Below are positions 1-9,171 of a stretch of DNA of 64,000 nt, piece by piece; positions within the stretch are counted from its first letter, which is position 1, and each line of letters begins with the position of its first letter. The position numbers and the translations under genes are program-made. The stretch is from Nannocystis bainbridge (GTDB taxonomy: Bacteria > Myxococcota_A > Polyangia > Nannocystales > Nannocystaceae). The notes below the pieces were generated by a model. The model did no database searches. It worked only from the letters and a program-made list of their open reading frames with translations, and was not told the DNA's origin. The stretch is taken from positions 832,001-896,000 of the forward strand of contig NZ_JAQNDL010000002.1 in assembly GCF_028368995.1 (NCBI RefSeq), in the 5' to 3' direction.

Positions 1-19
1 CCTCGCCATCGGCGGGGCG

Positions 20-1549
20 ATGCTGGTCGCTGGCGCGGCGGTGTTCTTCAGCGACGTGAACGCGGACTGGCCCGGCTACGGCAAGAAGGTCCAGGATTCG
101 ATCGAGCAGGGCACGCCGCGCCCGACCCCGCCCGGAAACGGTCTGGCGGCGATCGGCATGCTGCTGGCGATCGCGGGCCTCGTGCCGTTCAGCATGGGCC
201 TCATCCGCACCGGCGACTACGTCAACAAGAACTTCACGATCGGCGAGGGTCACGGCGCGTCGTTCCACGTGCCGCCGGCCGGCCTGCCCGAGCCCAACGG
301 CTTCCCGCTGGTCCGCGGCAGCGACCACGAGTTCGCGCTCAACTTCACCCAGAACATGAGCGGTGAGGTCACCTTCGACGGCCAGACGATCACGCTGCAG
401 CAGCTGGTCGCCACCGGTCGCGCGGGCGCGCAGGGCTCGTCGTTCAGCTTCCCGCTGCCGCCCGGAGCGACGGCGCGGGTCAAGTACCAGGACGTCACCT
501 TTTACGTGAACTCGGTCGCGCCGGGCGCGGTGATCAAGGGCGGCAGCGAGACCGACAAGCCGTTCTGGATCTACAACGGCGCCTCGTTCGTGGTCATCGG
601 CAGCCTGCTGGTGCTCACGCACCTGATCCCCAACGAGGCCGGCAACCTCAGCCTCGACGAGATGATGGAAGAGAACCGCTTCGTCGGTTACCTCAACCAG
701 CCCGACAAGCCGCCGGAGGAGGAGGAGCCGCCGCCGGAGGACATGGAGAACTCCGACGACGAGGCCGGCGGCACCGGTCAGCGTCACAAGGGCGAGGAGG
801 GCAAGATGGGCAAGCCCACCTCGAAGAGCAAGTCGGGCCTCTACGCCATGAAGGGCCCCAAGGACGCCATCCCGCAGATGGCCCGTAACTTCGACCCCGA
901 CATGGCCGCGCGCCAGGCCGGCATCCTCGGGGTCATGAGCGCCGAGAGCGGCCACTTCCTCGCCTCGCCGTACGGCGGCGCGTTCGCGGTCGGCAACGAC
1001 GACGCGGACGTGTGGGGCGGCCTCACCGGCACCGAGGTCGGCGAAGCGTACGGCGTCGGCGGCCTCGGCCTGGTCGGCACCGGCCGCGGCGGCGGCGGCA
1101 CCGGCGAGGGCACGATCGGCCTCGGCAACACGGGCCTCATCGGCAAGGGCGGCGGCGGCGGCACGGGCTCCGGCTACGGTCGTGGCGCAGGCGCCGGCTT
1201 CGGCGGCCGCGGCACCCGCGTGCCGACGGTCCGTCAGGCCAAGGCCGAGGTCCAGGGCGCGCTCGACAAGGACATCATTCGCCGCATCGTCCGCGCGCAC
1301 ATCAACGAGGTCCGCTACTGCTACAACCAGGCCCTCGCGCGTGACCCCAACGCCAAGGGCCGCGTCGCCGTCCAGTTCACCATCGGCGGCACCGGCAAGG
1401 TGCCCACGGCGGTGGTCCAGGAGAGCACGTTGAAGGACCCGGCCGTCGGCTCCTGCATCGCCCAGGCGGTCAAGCGCTGGACCTTCCCCAAGCCCGAAGG
1501 CGGCGGTTCGGTCATCGTCTCGTACCCGTTCGTGCTCGAGCCGGGTTGA
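20..1549 (+). CDS. AgmX/PglI (GltG-like) TonB-C-terminal-domain gliding-motility-type protein, probably 5'-truncated by window edge
   Basis: TM segments, Gly-rich linker, C-terminal 'LDKDIIRRIVRAHINEVRYCY...GRVAVQFTIG...WTFPKPEGGGSVIVSYPFV' typical of the AgmX/PglI C-terminal domain. Confidence 0.8.
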   Translation: MLVAGAAVFFSDVNADWPGYGKKVQDSIEQGTPRPTPPGNGLAAIGMLLAIAGLVPFSMGLIRTGDYVNKNFTIGEGHGASFHVPPAGLPEPNGFPLVRGSDHEFALNFTQNMSGEVTFDGQTITLQQLVATGRAGAQGSSFSFPLPPGATARVKYQDVTFYVNSVAPGAVIKGGSETDKPFWIYNGASFVVIGSLLVLTHLIPNEAGNLSLDEMMEENRFVGYLNQPDKPPEEEEPPPEDMENSDDEAGGTGQRHKGEEGKMGKPTSKSKSGLYAMKGPKDAIPQMARNFDPDMAARQAGILGVMSAESGHFLASPYGGAFAVGNDDADVWGGLTGTEVGEAYGVGGLGLVGTGRGGGGTGEGTIGLGNTGLIGKGGGGGTGSGYGRGAGAGFGGRGTRVPTVRQAKAEVQGALDKDIIRRIVRAHINEVRYCYNQALARDPNAKGRVAVQFTIGGTGKVPTAVVQESTLKDPAVGSCIAQAVKRWTFPKPEGGGSVIVSYPFVLEPG

Positions 1550-1590
1550 TCGAAAGCTGTCCTGAAGGACAGCCTGTCTCGAAAGCCAGG

Positions 1591-1620
1591 AGGCCCGGCC
1601 ACGCCGGGCCTTCGGCGTTT
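1591..1620 (+). terminator. Probable intrinsic terminator
   Basis: Hairpin AGGCCCGGC-cac-GCCGGGCCT followed by TCGGCGTTT, about 40 nt after the stop. Confidence 0.55.
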
Positions 1621-1839
1621 CACGGCGCGAGCGGGCAGGGCGGCGAGCATCATCTGGCGCGAGAGACATGTCCATGAGGACAGCCCATCACCCCCGCGCC
1701 GCGCTCCGTCGCGGCGACGAATCCGCGCCCCTCGCGATATGTCCCGAGAGACAGCCTCACCGCGAACGCGGCTGCGCGCCCCCGGCCGGACCCGCGCGAG
1801 GAACTTCTGCGCCGCGCCGAACTGCGCTATCTGTCGCCC

Positions 1840-3222
1840 ATGCAGGCCCCTGACCCCTGGGGCGAGCGGTTGCCTCGCAAGCTCGGACTCGCCAGCACCG
1901 TCGCCGTGCTGGTCGGGTCGACGATCGGCAGCGGGATCTTCCGGACCCCGGCGGAGATCGCCGGCCACATCGACGACATGGGCCTTTTCATGGCCGCGTG
2001 GGTCGCCGGGGGCGTGGTCGCGCTGGCCGGGGCGCTGACGGTCGCCGAGCTGGCCATCCTTTATCCCCGCAGCGGAGGCGTCTACGTCTACCTGCGCGAG
2101 GCCTTCGGCAAGCTGCCGGCCTTCCTGTTCGGCTGGGCCGAGCTGCTCATCCTGCGCCCGGCCGCGTACGGCGCGATCGCGGTGACCTCGGCCGAGTACC
2201 TGCTGCGCGTGTTCGGGGTGGCCGGCGCGGAGCCGCTGCTGGGGCCGCTGTCGCGCGCGCAGGTGGTGGCGGTGGCGATGATCGCCACGGTGGCCGCGAT
2301 CAACCGCCGCGGGGTCGAGTTCGGGGCGGTGGTGCAGAACGTCAGCACCGCGCTGAAGGTCGCGGCGCTGCTCGGGCTGGTCGCGCTCGGGCTCCTGCTT
2401 TCGCCGGAGGCGTCCACGGCAGTGCCCGCGGTCGCGGCGCCGGCGGGCGAGGGGGCGTTCGTGCTGGCGATGGTCGCCATCCTCTGGGCCTACGACGGCT
2501 GGTGCGACGTCGGGTTCGTCAGCGGCGAGGTCCGCGATCCACAACGCGCGCTGCCGCGCGTGTTCATCCTCGGCACCGCCGCGGTGGTCGCGCTGTATCT
2601 GGCGGCCAACCTCGTGTACCTGCGGGTGATCCCGCTCGAGCAGATGGCCGGGGCCCCGCTCGTGGCCGCGGACGTCGCCGCGGCGCTAATCGGCCCGTTC
2701 GGCACCACTCTGGTCGCCGCCGCCGTCATGATCAGCACCTTCGGGACCCTCAACGGGTCGATGATGACGGGGCCGCGGGTGTTCTACGCGATGGCGGAGG
2801 ACGGGCTGTTCTTCCGCCGCCTGGCCCAGGTCCACCCGCGCCACGGCACGCCCTCGGCCAGCATCGTGCTCGGCGCGGCGCTCGGGATCGTGTTCGTCTC
2901 GGTGCGCAGCTTCGCCGAGCTGGCCGGTCAGTTCGTGATCGGGATCTGGCCGTTTTATGCCCTCAGCGTGGCCGCCGTGTTCGTCCTGCGGCGGAAGCGC
3001 CCCGACCTGCCGCGGCCGTACCGGACATTCGGCTATCCGTGGGTGCCGCTGCTGTTCCTGGCCGCCTCGGTGTTCCTGCTCGGCAACTATGCGGTCTCGC
3101 AGCCGCGAGCGTTCATCCTCGACTGTGCCGTCGTTTTGTCCGGAGTGCCCGTATTTTGGCTGTGGTCGCGTCGCGCGCCGGTCTCCGAGGCCAATGGCGG
3201 AGGAAGCGCCGGCACAGGGTGA
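1840..3222 (+). CDS. APC-family amino acid permease
   Basis: GSTIGSGIF, SGGVYVYLREAFG, WAYDGW, RPYR motifs; about 12 TM helices. Confidence 0.92.
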   Translation: MQAPDPWGERLPRKLGLASTVAVLVGSTIGSGIFRTPAEIAGHIDDMGLFMAAWVAGGVVALAGALTVAELAILYPRSGGVYVYLREAFGKLPAFLFGWAELLILRPAAYGAIAVTSAEYLLRVFGVAGAEPLLGPLSRAQVVAVAMIATVAAINRRGVEFGAVVQNVSTALKVAALLGLVALGLLLSPEASTAVPAVAAPAGEGAFVLAMVAILWAYDGWCDVGFVSGEVRDPQRALPRVFILGTAAVVALYLAANLVYLRVIPLEQMAGAPLVAADVAAALIGPFGTTLVAAAVMISTFGTLNGSMMTGPRVFYAMAEDGLFFRRLAQVHPRHGTPSASIVLGAALGIVFVSVRSFAELAGQFVIGIWPFYALSVAAVFVLRRKRPDLPRPYRTFGYPWVPLLFLAASVFLLGNYAVSQPRAFILDCAVVLSGVPVFWLWSRRAPVSEANGGGSAGTG

Positions 3223-3650
3223 CAGAGATCTCCTCTGCGCTCAGACCTGTGAGCGCGGTGGATTGATCCGGCATTGCCGTGTCGCTCGGTCCTATCAATC
3301 GTCGAAGTTTATGTAATTTGATCTACATTTTTCTTGTCGGCGCCACGAACGCCGATTGTGACGATCGCCGCAGTTGGCCGCAAAGCCGGTCCACACGGCG
3401 GAAAATTTGGAATCGGGCTTTCATCGTCGTCGGCGTGAAGTGCGGCCGTGCGGCACCTCCGTGCTCGCCGTCTCGTCGCAGAAACCCGTGATCGCGGGGT
3501 GCGTGATTGGTTGCGCTGCGCAAGGCGCGACGATTATGGTGATGCGGTCTCAGGTGAGCTGACCTGAGGCTGCCTCTCCGGCAATGTCCTTTTCACCATG
3601 GTCGTTCGGCCAGGTTCTTTCGAGCCTGTCCGATGGCCCCAGGGGGTCTC

Positions 3651-5816
3651 ATGTCCGCGCGTCGCATCATCGTCTCTGCTGTCTCCACCTGTCTGCTGTC
3701 TGCCTGCCAAGAGGCGGGAATCGCCGCCGAAGCCGAGCTTCGCACCGTCACCGCCGAAGACCTGACAGGGCTCGGCCCCGGCGAGGTGCTCGAGCTCGAC
3801 CTGTCTGAAGGGACAGTTCGTTTCGCGATGACCGACGGCCCGATCGACTTCACCCGCGTGGCGGTGCGCAGCGGCGACGAGCGCCCGGCGCTGGTGCAGG
3901 ACCTGCTGGTGCGCCACGGCGAGCGCTGGGGCGTGCGCACGGCCGGGGCGGAATTTGACTTCGCGTTCGAGCTCGACGGCGACATGGTCAAGGCCGCGAC
4001 GTCGGCGGGGCAGGTGGCGACGTTCGTGTGGTCGCAGAGCCAGGCGATCGGGGCCCTGCCGCGGGTCGACCGGGTCGAGGCCGACGAGGCCGGCGTGCCG
4101 CGGTTCCTCGCTGGCGACCTCGGGCGGCTGGCCGGCAACGGCGACGTGCGAGAGTCCGCCCGCGGCTGGCTGGCCGGCATGGCGCCCGTGTTCCGCCTCA
4201 CCGACGCGGCCGATCTCGAGGCGGTCCGGCACCACACCGACGCGCTCGGAGTGGTCCATGTCCGCTTCCAGCAGTTCCTCTACGACCTGCCGGTGGTCGG
4301 CGGCGAGCTGACCGTGCACGCCGATGCGGCCAGCGGTCAGGTCCACGCGGTCACCGGTCGCTTCGTGCCCGGCGAGGCGCTGCCGATCGATCCGGCGCTC
4401 GAGCCCGAGGCGACCATCGCCGCCGTCGCCGATACGCTGAGCGACGCGTGGGTCAGCCTCGAGGCGCCCGAGCTCGTCTACGTGGTGACCGAGACCGGGC
4501 CGCGCCTGGCCTGGCAAGGGGTCATCGCGTACGAGGACGAGGAGGGGCCGCAGCGCGACCTCGTGTTCGCCGACGCGGCCTCCGGCGAGCTGGTGGCCCG
4601 CCACCCGCAGATCCACCACGCCCGCAACCGCAAGGTCTACGACGCCAAGTCGGGGACCAAGCTGCCGGGCGCGCTCGCCGTCAGCGAGGGCGGCACCACC
4701 AACGATCCGGTGGCCAAGGCCGCGTACGACTTCTCGGGCATCACCTACGACTTCTTCGCCGCCAAGTTCGGCCGCGACAGCTTCAACGGCAGCGGCGCGA
4801 CCATCCACTCGACGGTCCACTACTCGAAGAACTACGTCAACGCGTTCTGGAACGGCCAGCAGATGGTCTACGGCGACGGCGACGGCTACTACGCCAGCCC
4901 GTTCGCGCAGGACATGGACGTGGTCGTGCACGAGCTGACCCACGCGGTCACGCAGTACGAGGCCAGCCTCGTCTATCAGAACCAGTCGGGCGCGCTCAAC
5001 GAGGCGATGTCGGACATCATGGCCGCGGCCGCCGACGCCCACCAGAACGGCGTGACCGCGAAGACTTGGCTGCTCGCCGAGACCTGTTGGACCCCGGGTG
5101 TGGCCAATGACGCGATGCGCTACATGGCCAATCCGACCAAGGACGGGCAGTCCTATGATTATTACCCGGAGCGCTACACCGGCAAGGCGGACAACGGGGG
5201 CGTCCACATCAACTCGGGCATCGCCAACCTGGCGTTCTACCTGCTGTCGCAGGGGGGCAAGCACCCGCGCAACAAGACGAGCACGCAGGTGCCGGCGCTC
5301 GGCATCGACAAGGCGGGGCAGATCTTCTACCGCGCGCTGACGAACTACCTCAACAGCAACGCGACGTTCCAGGACGCCCGTAACGCGACGGCTCAGGCCG
5401 CCACCGAGCTCTACGGGGCCGACGAGGTGGCAGCGGTGCACGCGGCGTGGACGGCGGTCGGCGTGCCGGGTGCCCCCAATGGCGGCGGTGGTGGCGGCGG
5501 CGGTCAGGACTGTTCGGGCACGCCCTTCGCGGGCAACCTGAGCGGCACCGGCGAGGAGCAGTTCCAGCCGAACGGCTCGTATTACTCCACGACCAAGACC
5601 GGGGCGCACACCGGTTGCCTGGCCGGCGCGGACGCGGCCAACTTCGACCTCTACCTCTACAAGTGGAACGGCTCGGCCTGGGCCAAGGTCGCCAAGTCGG
5701 AGGGCCCGACCAGCGAGGAGTCGATCAAGTACAACGGGGCCGCCGGCTACTACACGTGGCAGGTGGTGTCGGTCAGCGGCGCGGGCGATTACAGCTTGAC
5801 GCTCAAGGCCCCGTGA
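3651..5816 (+). CDS. M4 (thermolysin-family) metallopeptidase lipoprotein with FTP/PepSY propeptide and C-terminal PPC-like domain
   Basis: Lipobox LLSAC, NAFWNG, HELTH, GALNEAMSD, GGVHINSG; start could be 3633 or 3651. Confidence 0.92.
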   Translation: MSARRIIVSAVSTCLLSACQEAGIAAEAELRTVTAEDLTGLGPGEVLELDLSEGTVRFAMTDGPIDFTRVAVRSGDERPALVQDLLVRHGERWGVRTAGAEFDFAFELDGDMVKAATSAGQVATFVWSQSQAIGALPRVDRVEADEAGVPRFLAGDLGRLAGNGDVRESARGWLAGMAPVFRLTDAADLEAVRHHTDALGVVHVRFQQFLYDLPVVGGELTVHADAASGQVHAVTGRFVPGEALPIDPALEPEATIAAVADTLSDAWVSLEAPELVYVVTETGPRLAWQGVIAYEDEEGPQRDLVFADAASGELVARHPQIHHARNRKVYDAKSGTKLPGALAVSEGGTTNDPVAKAAYDFSGITYDFFAAKFGRDSFNGSGATIHSTVHYSKNYVNAFWNGQQMVYGDGDGYYASPFAQDMDVVVHELTHAVTQYEASLVYQNQSGALNEAMSDIMAAAADAHQNGVTAKTWLLAETCWTPGVANDAMRYMANPTKDGQSYDYYPERYTGKADNGGVHINSGIANLAFYLLSQGGKHPRNKTSTQVPALGIDKAGQIFYRALTNYLNSNATFQDARNATAQAATELYGADEVAAVHAAWTAVGVPGAPNGGGGGGGGQDCSGTPFAGNLSGTGEEQFQPNGSYYSTTKTGAHTGCLAGADAANFDLYLYKWNGSAWAKVAKSEGPTSEESIKYNGAAGYYTWQVVSVSGAGDYSLTLKAP

Positions 5817-5914
5817 GCGGGCTCGCCCGGCGGTCTGCGCGGTGCAGACCGCTGCGGCGACGAGCTGGAGGCGAGGGCGCGGCGCTCGATGTAGGCACAA
5901 AAACAGCGAGAACC

Positions 5915-5949
5915 AAAAGAGCGGGCACGGTCCTCATCCGTGCCCGCTC
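5915..5949 (-). terminator. Intrinsic terminator (minus strand, possibly bidirectional)
   Basis: Perfect 12-bp stem GAGCGGGCACGG/CCGTGCCCGCTC (5919-5949) with an A-run on its left side. Confidence 0.75.
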
Positions 5950-6112
5950 ACGCCTCAACAACACACACCTCGAATTCGATCGGGCCTCCTCTCACCACGG
6001 TGACTTCGACCCGTGAAGGCCGAAGGCTGCCGGCTTATCAAGACCGAGATGCTCGGGCTTGAATCGCGGCCGGAAGCCGTGCACCGGGGTGCAGAGAGGA
6101 GGACCGACCGAC
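5915..6112 (-). ncRNA. Candidate structured small RNA, family not recognised
   Basis: Own TTGACA-18-AAGAAT promoter and terminator; closing stem CCTCCTCTC/GAGAGGAGG enclosing three hairpins; no credible ORF. Confidence 0.55.
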
Positions 6113-6118
6113 GCTTTC

Positions 6119-6148
6119 ATTCTTGTCCGTGTCACCGGTGCTTGTCAA
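6119..6148 (-). promoter_or_regulatory. Sigma70-like promoter of candidate sRNA
   Basis: TTGACA (6148-6143), 18 nt, AAGAAT (6124-6119). Confidence 0.55.
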
Positions 6149-6187
6149 ACTCAAAAAGCGAGCACAGCAGTCGCCACATTATCGCCC

Positions 6188-6221
6188 GGAGCATTTTCGG
6201 GTCCGGGAGCATTTTCGGGTC
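6188..6221. repeat. 16-bp direct repeat, 18-bp period; possible regulator site
   Basis: GGAGCATTTTCGGGTC at 6188 and 6206 in divergent intergenic region. Confidence 0.6.
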
Positions 6222-6614
6222 TGCACATGGACGACCACGATTTCGCCCGAGGTGCTCCAGTACGGCGATTTCGACCGCGTGCGCGTGAACTACGGTGAAT
6301 CGCTCGGAGGCGGACCGGAGGTGACTCGCGTGGGAGACTTTCGGACATGTCTGTAAGGTCATGTCGCGCGCGCCCACTGTCACTTGCCGCGCCGCGCCCG
6401 TCGCGGGCCGAGCGGCGCGCGGGTGCCCGGGCCGAGGCGGGCCGCGATCGCGCCGATCGCACGCGGTGCTGAACGGTCCACGCCGACGGGATCGCCGCGA
6501 CGTCGGAGCGGCCGCGCGTCGATCGGTCCCCGGGGACAGGCGCGGCCGGCGGGACCGCGGCCCGGTTTCTCGGCGCACCTCGGCGGCTGTGCTAGTTTCG
6601 GAGCAGAGGAGACC

Positions 6615-9161
6615 ATGGCGCAGGTGAGCCACCGGAAGCGGATGTCCGCCCTGACGCTGTGCACGGCGACCGTAGCGCTGTTCGCCTGTCGCCCCGCGGC
6701 CCTCACCCCCGAAGCCGAGCGCGTGCATCGAGGGGTCAACCAGATCCCGCTCAGCGCTCGCCCGCCGATCGCCGCCACGTCGTCGACAGCGCCCGTGGAG
6801 GCTGCACCCCGGCGCGCACCGGCGGAGCTGTCGGCCGCGGCGCTGCTGGCCCGCGGCGAGCCGGAGGCGGCGCTGGCCCGCCTGGCGCAGGAGTCGGCGC
6901 CGGCAGGTTCGCCGCAGGCGGCCGCGCAGCAGCTGACGAGGGCCCGCGCCGCGCGCGAGCTCGGGCGCCCGCGAGAGGCCGTGCAGGCGCTGGCCGGGCT
7001 GGCGGCGGAGCGACGACCGGCGAAGTCGTGGCCGCACGAGGCGGTGCTTCACGAGTACGCGCAGGCGCTGGTCGAGGCGGCGGCGACGACCGCGGGCGCG
7101 GAGGCTGACAGGCTGCGCAAGCAGGCGGTGGCGGCGTGGGACCGGGCGATCGACCACGAGCCGGTGCGCAACGCGGCGCCGATGCGGGTGGCGCGAGCGC
7201 GGGCGATGGCGGCGATCGAGGGCCAGGCGGCGGCTCGCCGCGCGGTCAAGGCGCTGACCGAGGTGCTGCGCGATTACCCCGGCCACCCCGACGCACCGGG
7301 GCTCGAGCTGTTGCGCGCGCAGACCCTCGCGCGCGAGGGCAAGACCGCCGACGCGGTCCGGGCGCTGCGCGCGGTGGCCATCGACCGCGCGGGCACCGAG
7401 GCGGCGCCCGGCGCCGAGGCGGAGCTGGCCAGGCTCGGGCGGCCGGTCCACTACAGCGCGGCCGAGCAGCTGGGGCGCGCGGCCGCGGCCCGGCGCGCGC
7501 GCGACATGACGCTGTCGCGCCAGGTGCTGACGGACCTGGTCGAAGATTCCAAAACTCCGGGACATGTCCGAGAGGTCGCGTTGCGCTCGCGCGCCGCGAC
7601 CGCCTCGCGGGCCCACGACTACGGCGCGTGCGCGGATGACCTTTCGGTCCTGTACAAAAGGTCAGCTTCGACGGAGCTCCGCGGCGACCTGCTGCGCTGC
7701 CTCGACAAGGCCGGCCGCTACGACGAGGCGCTGACGATCTGGACCGAGCTGGCCGGTCGCAAGGGCGGGGCCGGGCGGGCGGCGCTGTGGGAGGCGATCC
7801 GGCAGGCGGTCCGCGGCGGCCGCTACGAGCGGGCGCGCGACCTGCTGGGGCGCACGCCGGCGAAGGAGCGCCAGCGCGGCGAGGGGCTGTGGCTCGACGC
7901 GTGGCTCGATTTCCGGCTGGGCCAGTTCGACGCGGCGGCGACCACGTTCGCCAGCGCGGAGCGGCGACTCCCGGCCGATCAGGCGCGCGCGGCCCGGTAC
8001 TTCCGCGCCCGCGCGCTGCTGGCCGCCGGCGCGGCCGCGAAGACGACGACCGACGGCGCGGACGAAGCGGTCGGCGATCGCGGCGAGGGCGAGCGGCTGT
8101 TGCGGCAGATCGTCGGCGAAGATCCGCTCGGTTACTACGGGCTGCAGGCGCGCCAGCGACTGCTCGACATCGGCGCCGATCCGGGCCCGCCGCCGGCGTT
8201 GTCGCCGGTGCCGGCGGAGGCGAACGAGGCGCCCGACTTCGCGGCGTCACAGACGACGTTCGCGGCGCTGGCGGACGAGTTCGGCTGGGCGTTCCCGGCC
8301 CTGGCCCGCGGCGCGGCGCTGCACGCCGCCGGGCTGCTCGAGGAGTCGCGCCGCGAGCTGCGGGTGGCGGTCGACGCTTTCGAGGCGCTCTACGGGCTCG
8401 ATCGCGGCGGCTGGATCCCGCGCCACGAAGACCTGGTGGTGGGGCTCAGCTGGAAATCGACGTGGAAGCAGCCGCGCCTCGGCCTGCCGAAGGACGCGCG
8501 CAAGCTGGTGCGTGAGCGCGGGGCGGGCGAGACGCTGCGCGAGGGGCTGTTCGCGCTGACGTGGGCGCTCGACGAGCCGTACCGCCGCAGCCGCTTGATG
8601 CCGAGCTCGGCCGGCTCGTACAAGGCGCGCTGGCACCCGCGGGCGTTCCGCACCACGGTCGAGCGCGAGGCCTCGGCCCGCGACTTCGACCCGACGCACC
8701 TGTGGGCGCTGATGTACACCGAGTCGCGGTTCCGCCGGCACGTGGTGTCGTCGTCGGGCGCGCGCGGGGCGATCCAGATCATGCCGTGGACCGGCCAGCA
8801 GCTGGCGGCGCGCCTCGGCGAGTCGTTCGACGTCGACGCGCTGTTCGAAGAGGAGCACAACGTGCGCCTGTCGGCCTATTACTTCGCCGAGCTGCTGCAC
8901 AAGTTCCACGGCCAGGCCGCGCTGGCTTACGCGAGCTACAACGGCGGGCCGTTCAACGTCGCCCGCTGGCTGGCGGCCAAGGGCGCGTCGGCGCCGCTCG
9001 AGCTCGATGTGTTCATCGCCGAGATCCCGTTCCGCGAGACGGCCAATTACACCCGCCGCGTGCTCGAGGTGCAGGCCGCGTACGCGCTGATGTACGGCGG
9101 TTCGCTGCCGCGCTGGCAGAACACGGTCGACCTGCGCGTCGAGGACAACATCGATTTCTGA
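6615..9161 (+). CDS. Slt70-like lytic transglycosylase with TPR-like repeats
   Basis: RBS GAGGAG then ATG 6615; SLT motifs TESRF, SSSGARGAIQIMP, ASYNGGP, IPFRETANY. Confidence 0.88.
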   Translation: MAQVSHRKRMSALTLCTATVALFACRPAALTPEAERVHRGVNQIPLSARPPIAATSSTAPVEAAPRRAPAELSAAALLARGEPEAALARLAQESAPAGSPQAAAQQLTRARAARELGRPREAVQALAGLAAERRPAKSWPHEAVLHEYAQALVEAAATTAGAEADRLRKQAVAAWDRAIDHEPVRNAAPMRVARARAMAAIEGQAAARRAVKALTEVLRDYPGHPDAPGLELLRAQTLAREGKTADAVRALRAVAIDRAGTEAAPGAEAELARLGRPVHYSAAEQLGRAAAARRARDMTLSRQVLTDLVEDSKTPGHVREVALRSRAATASRAHDYGACADDLSVLYKRSASTELRGDLLRCLDKAGRYDEALTIWTELAGRKGGAGRAALWEAIRQAVRGGRYERARDLLGRTPAKERQRGEGLWLDAWLDFRLGQFDAAATTFASAERRLPADQARAARYFRARALLAAGAAAKTTTDGADEAVGDRGEGERLLRQIVGEDPLGYYGLQARQRLLDIGADPGPPPALSPVPAEANEAPDFAASQTTFAALADEFGWAFPALARGAALHAAGLLEESRRELRVAVDAFEALYGLDRGGWIPRHEDLVVGLSWKSTWKQPRLGLPKDARKLVRERGAGETLREGLFALTWALDEPYRRSRLMPSSAGSYKARWHPRAFRTTVEREASARDFDPTHLWALMYTESRFRRHVVSSSGARGAIQIMPWTGQQLAARLGESFDVDALFEEEHNVRLSAYYFAELLHKFHGQAALAYASYNGGPFNVARWLAAKGASAPLELDVFIAEIPFRETANYTRRVLEVQAAYALMYGGSLPRWQNTVDLRVEDNIDF

Positions 9162-9171
9162 TCGCGCGGCG

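Noticed and set aside
5980-6110. 6S RNA, SRP RNA or tRNA
   Set aside because: No SRP GGAA-loop motif, no tRNA T-loop/CCA, multibranch rather than 6S rod; left as unassigned
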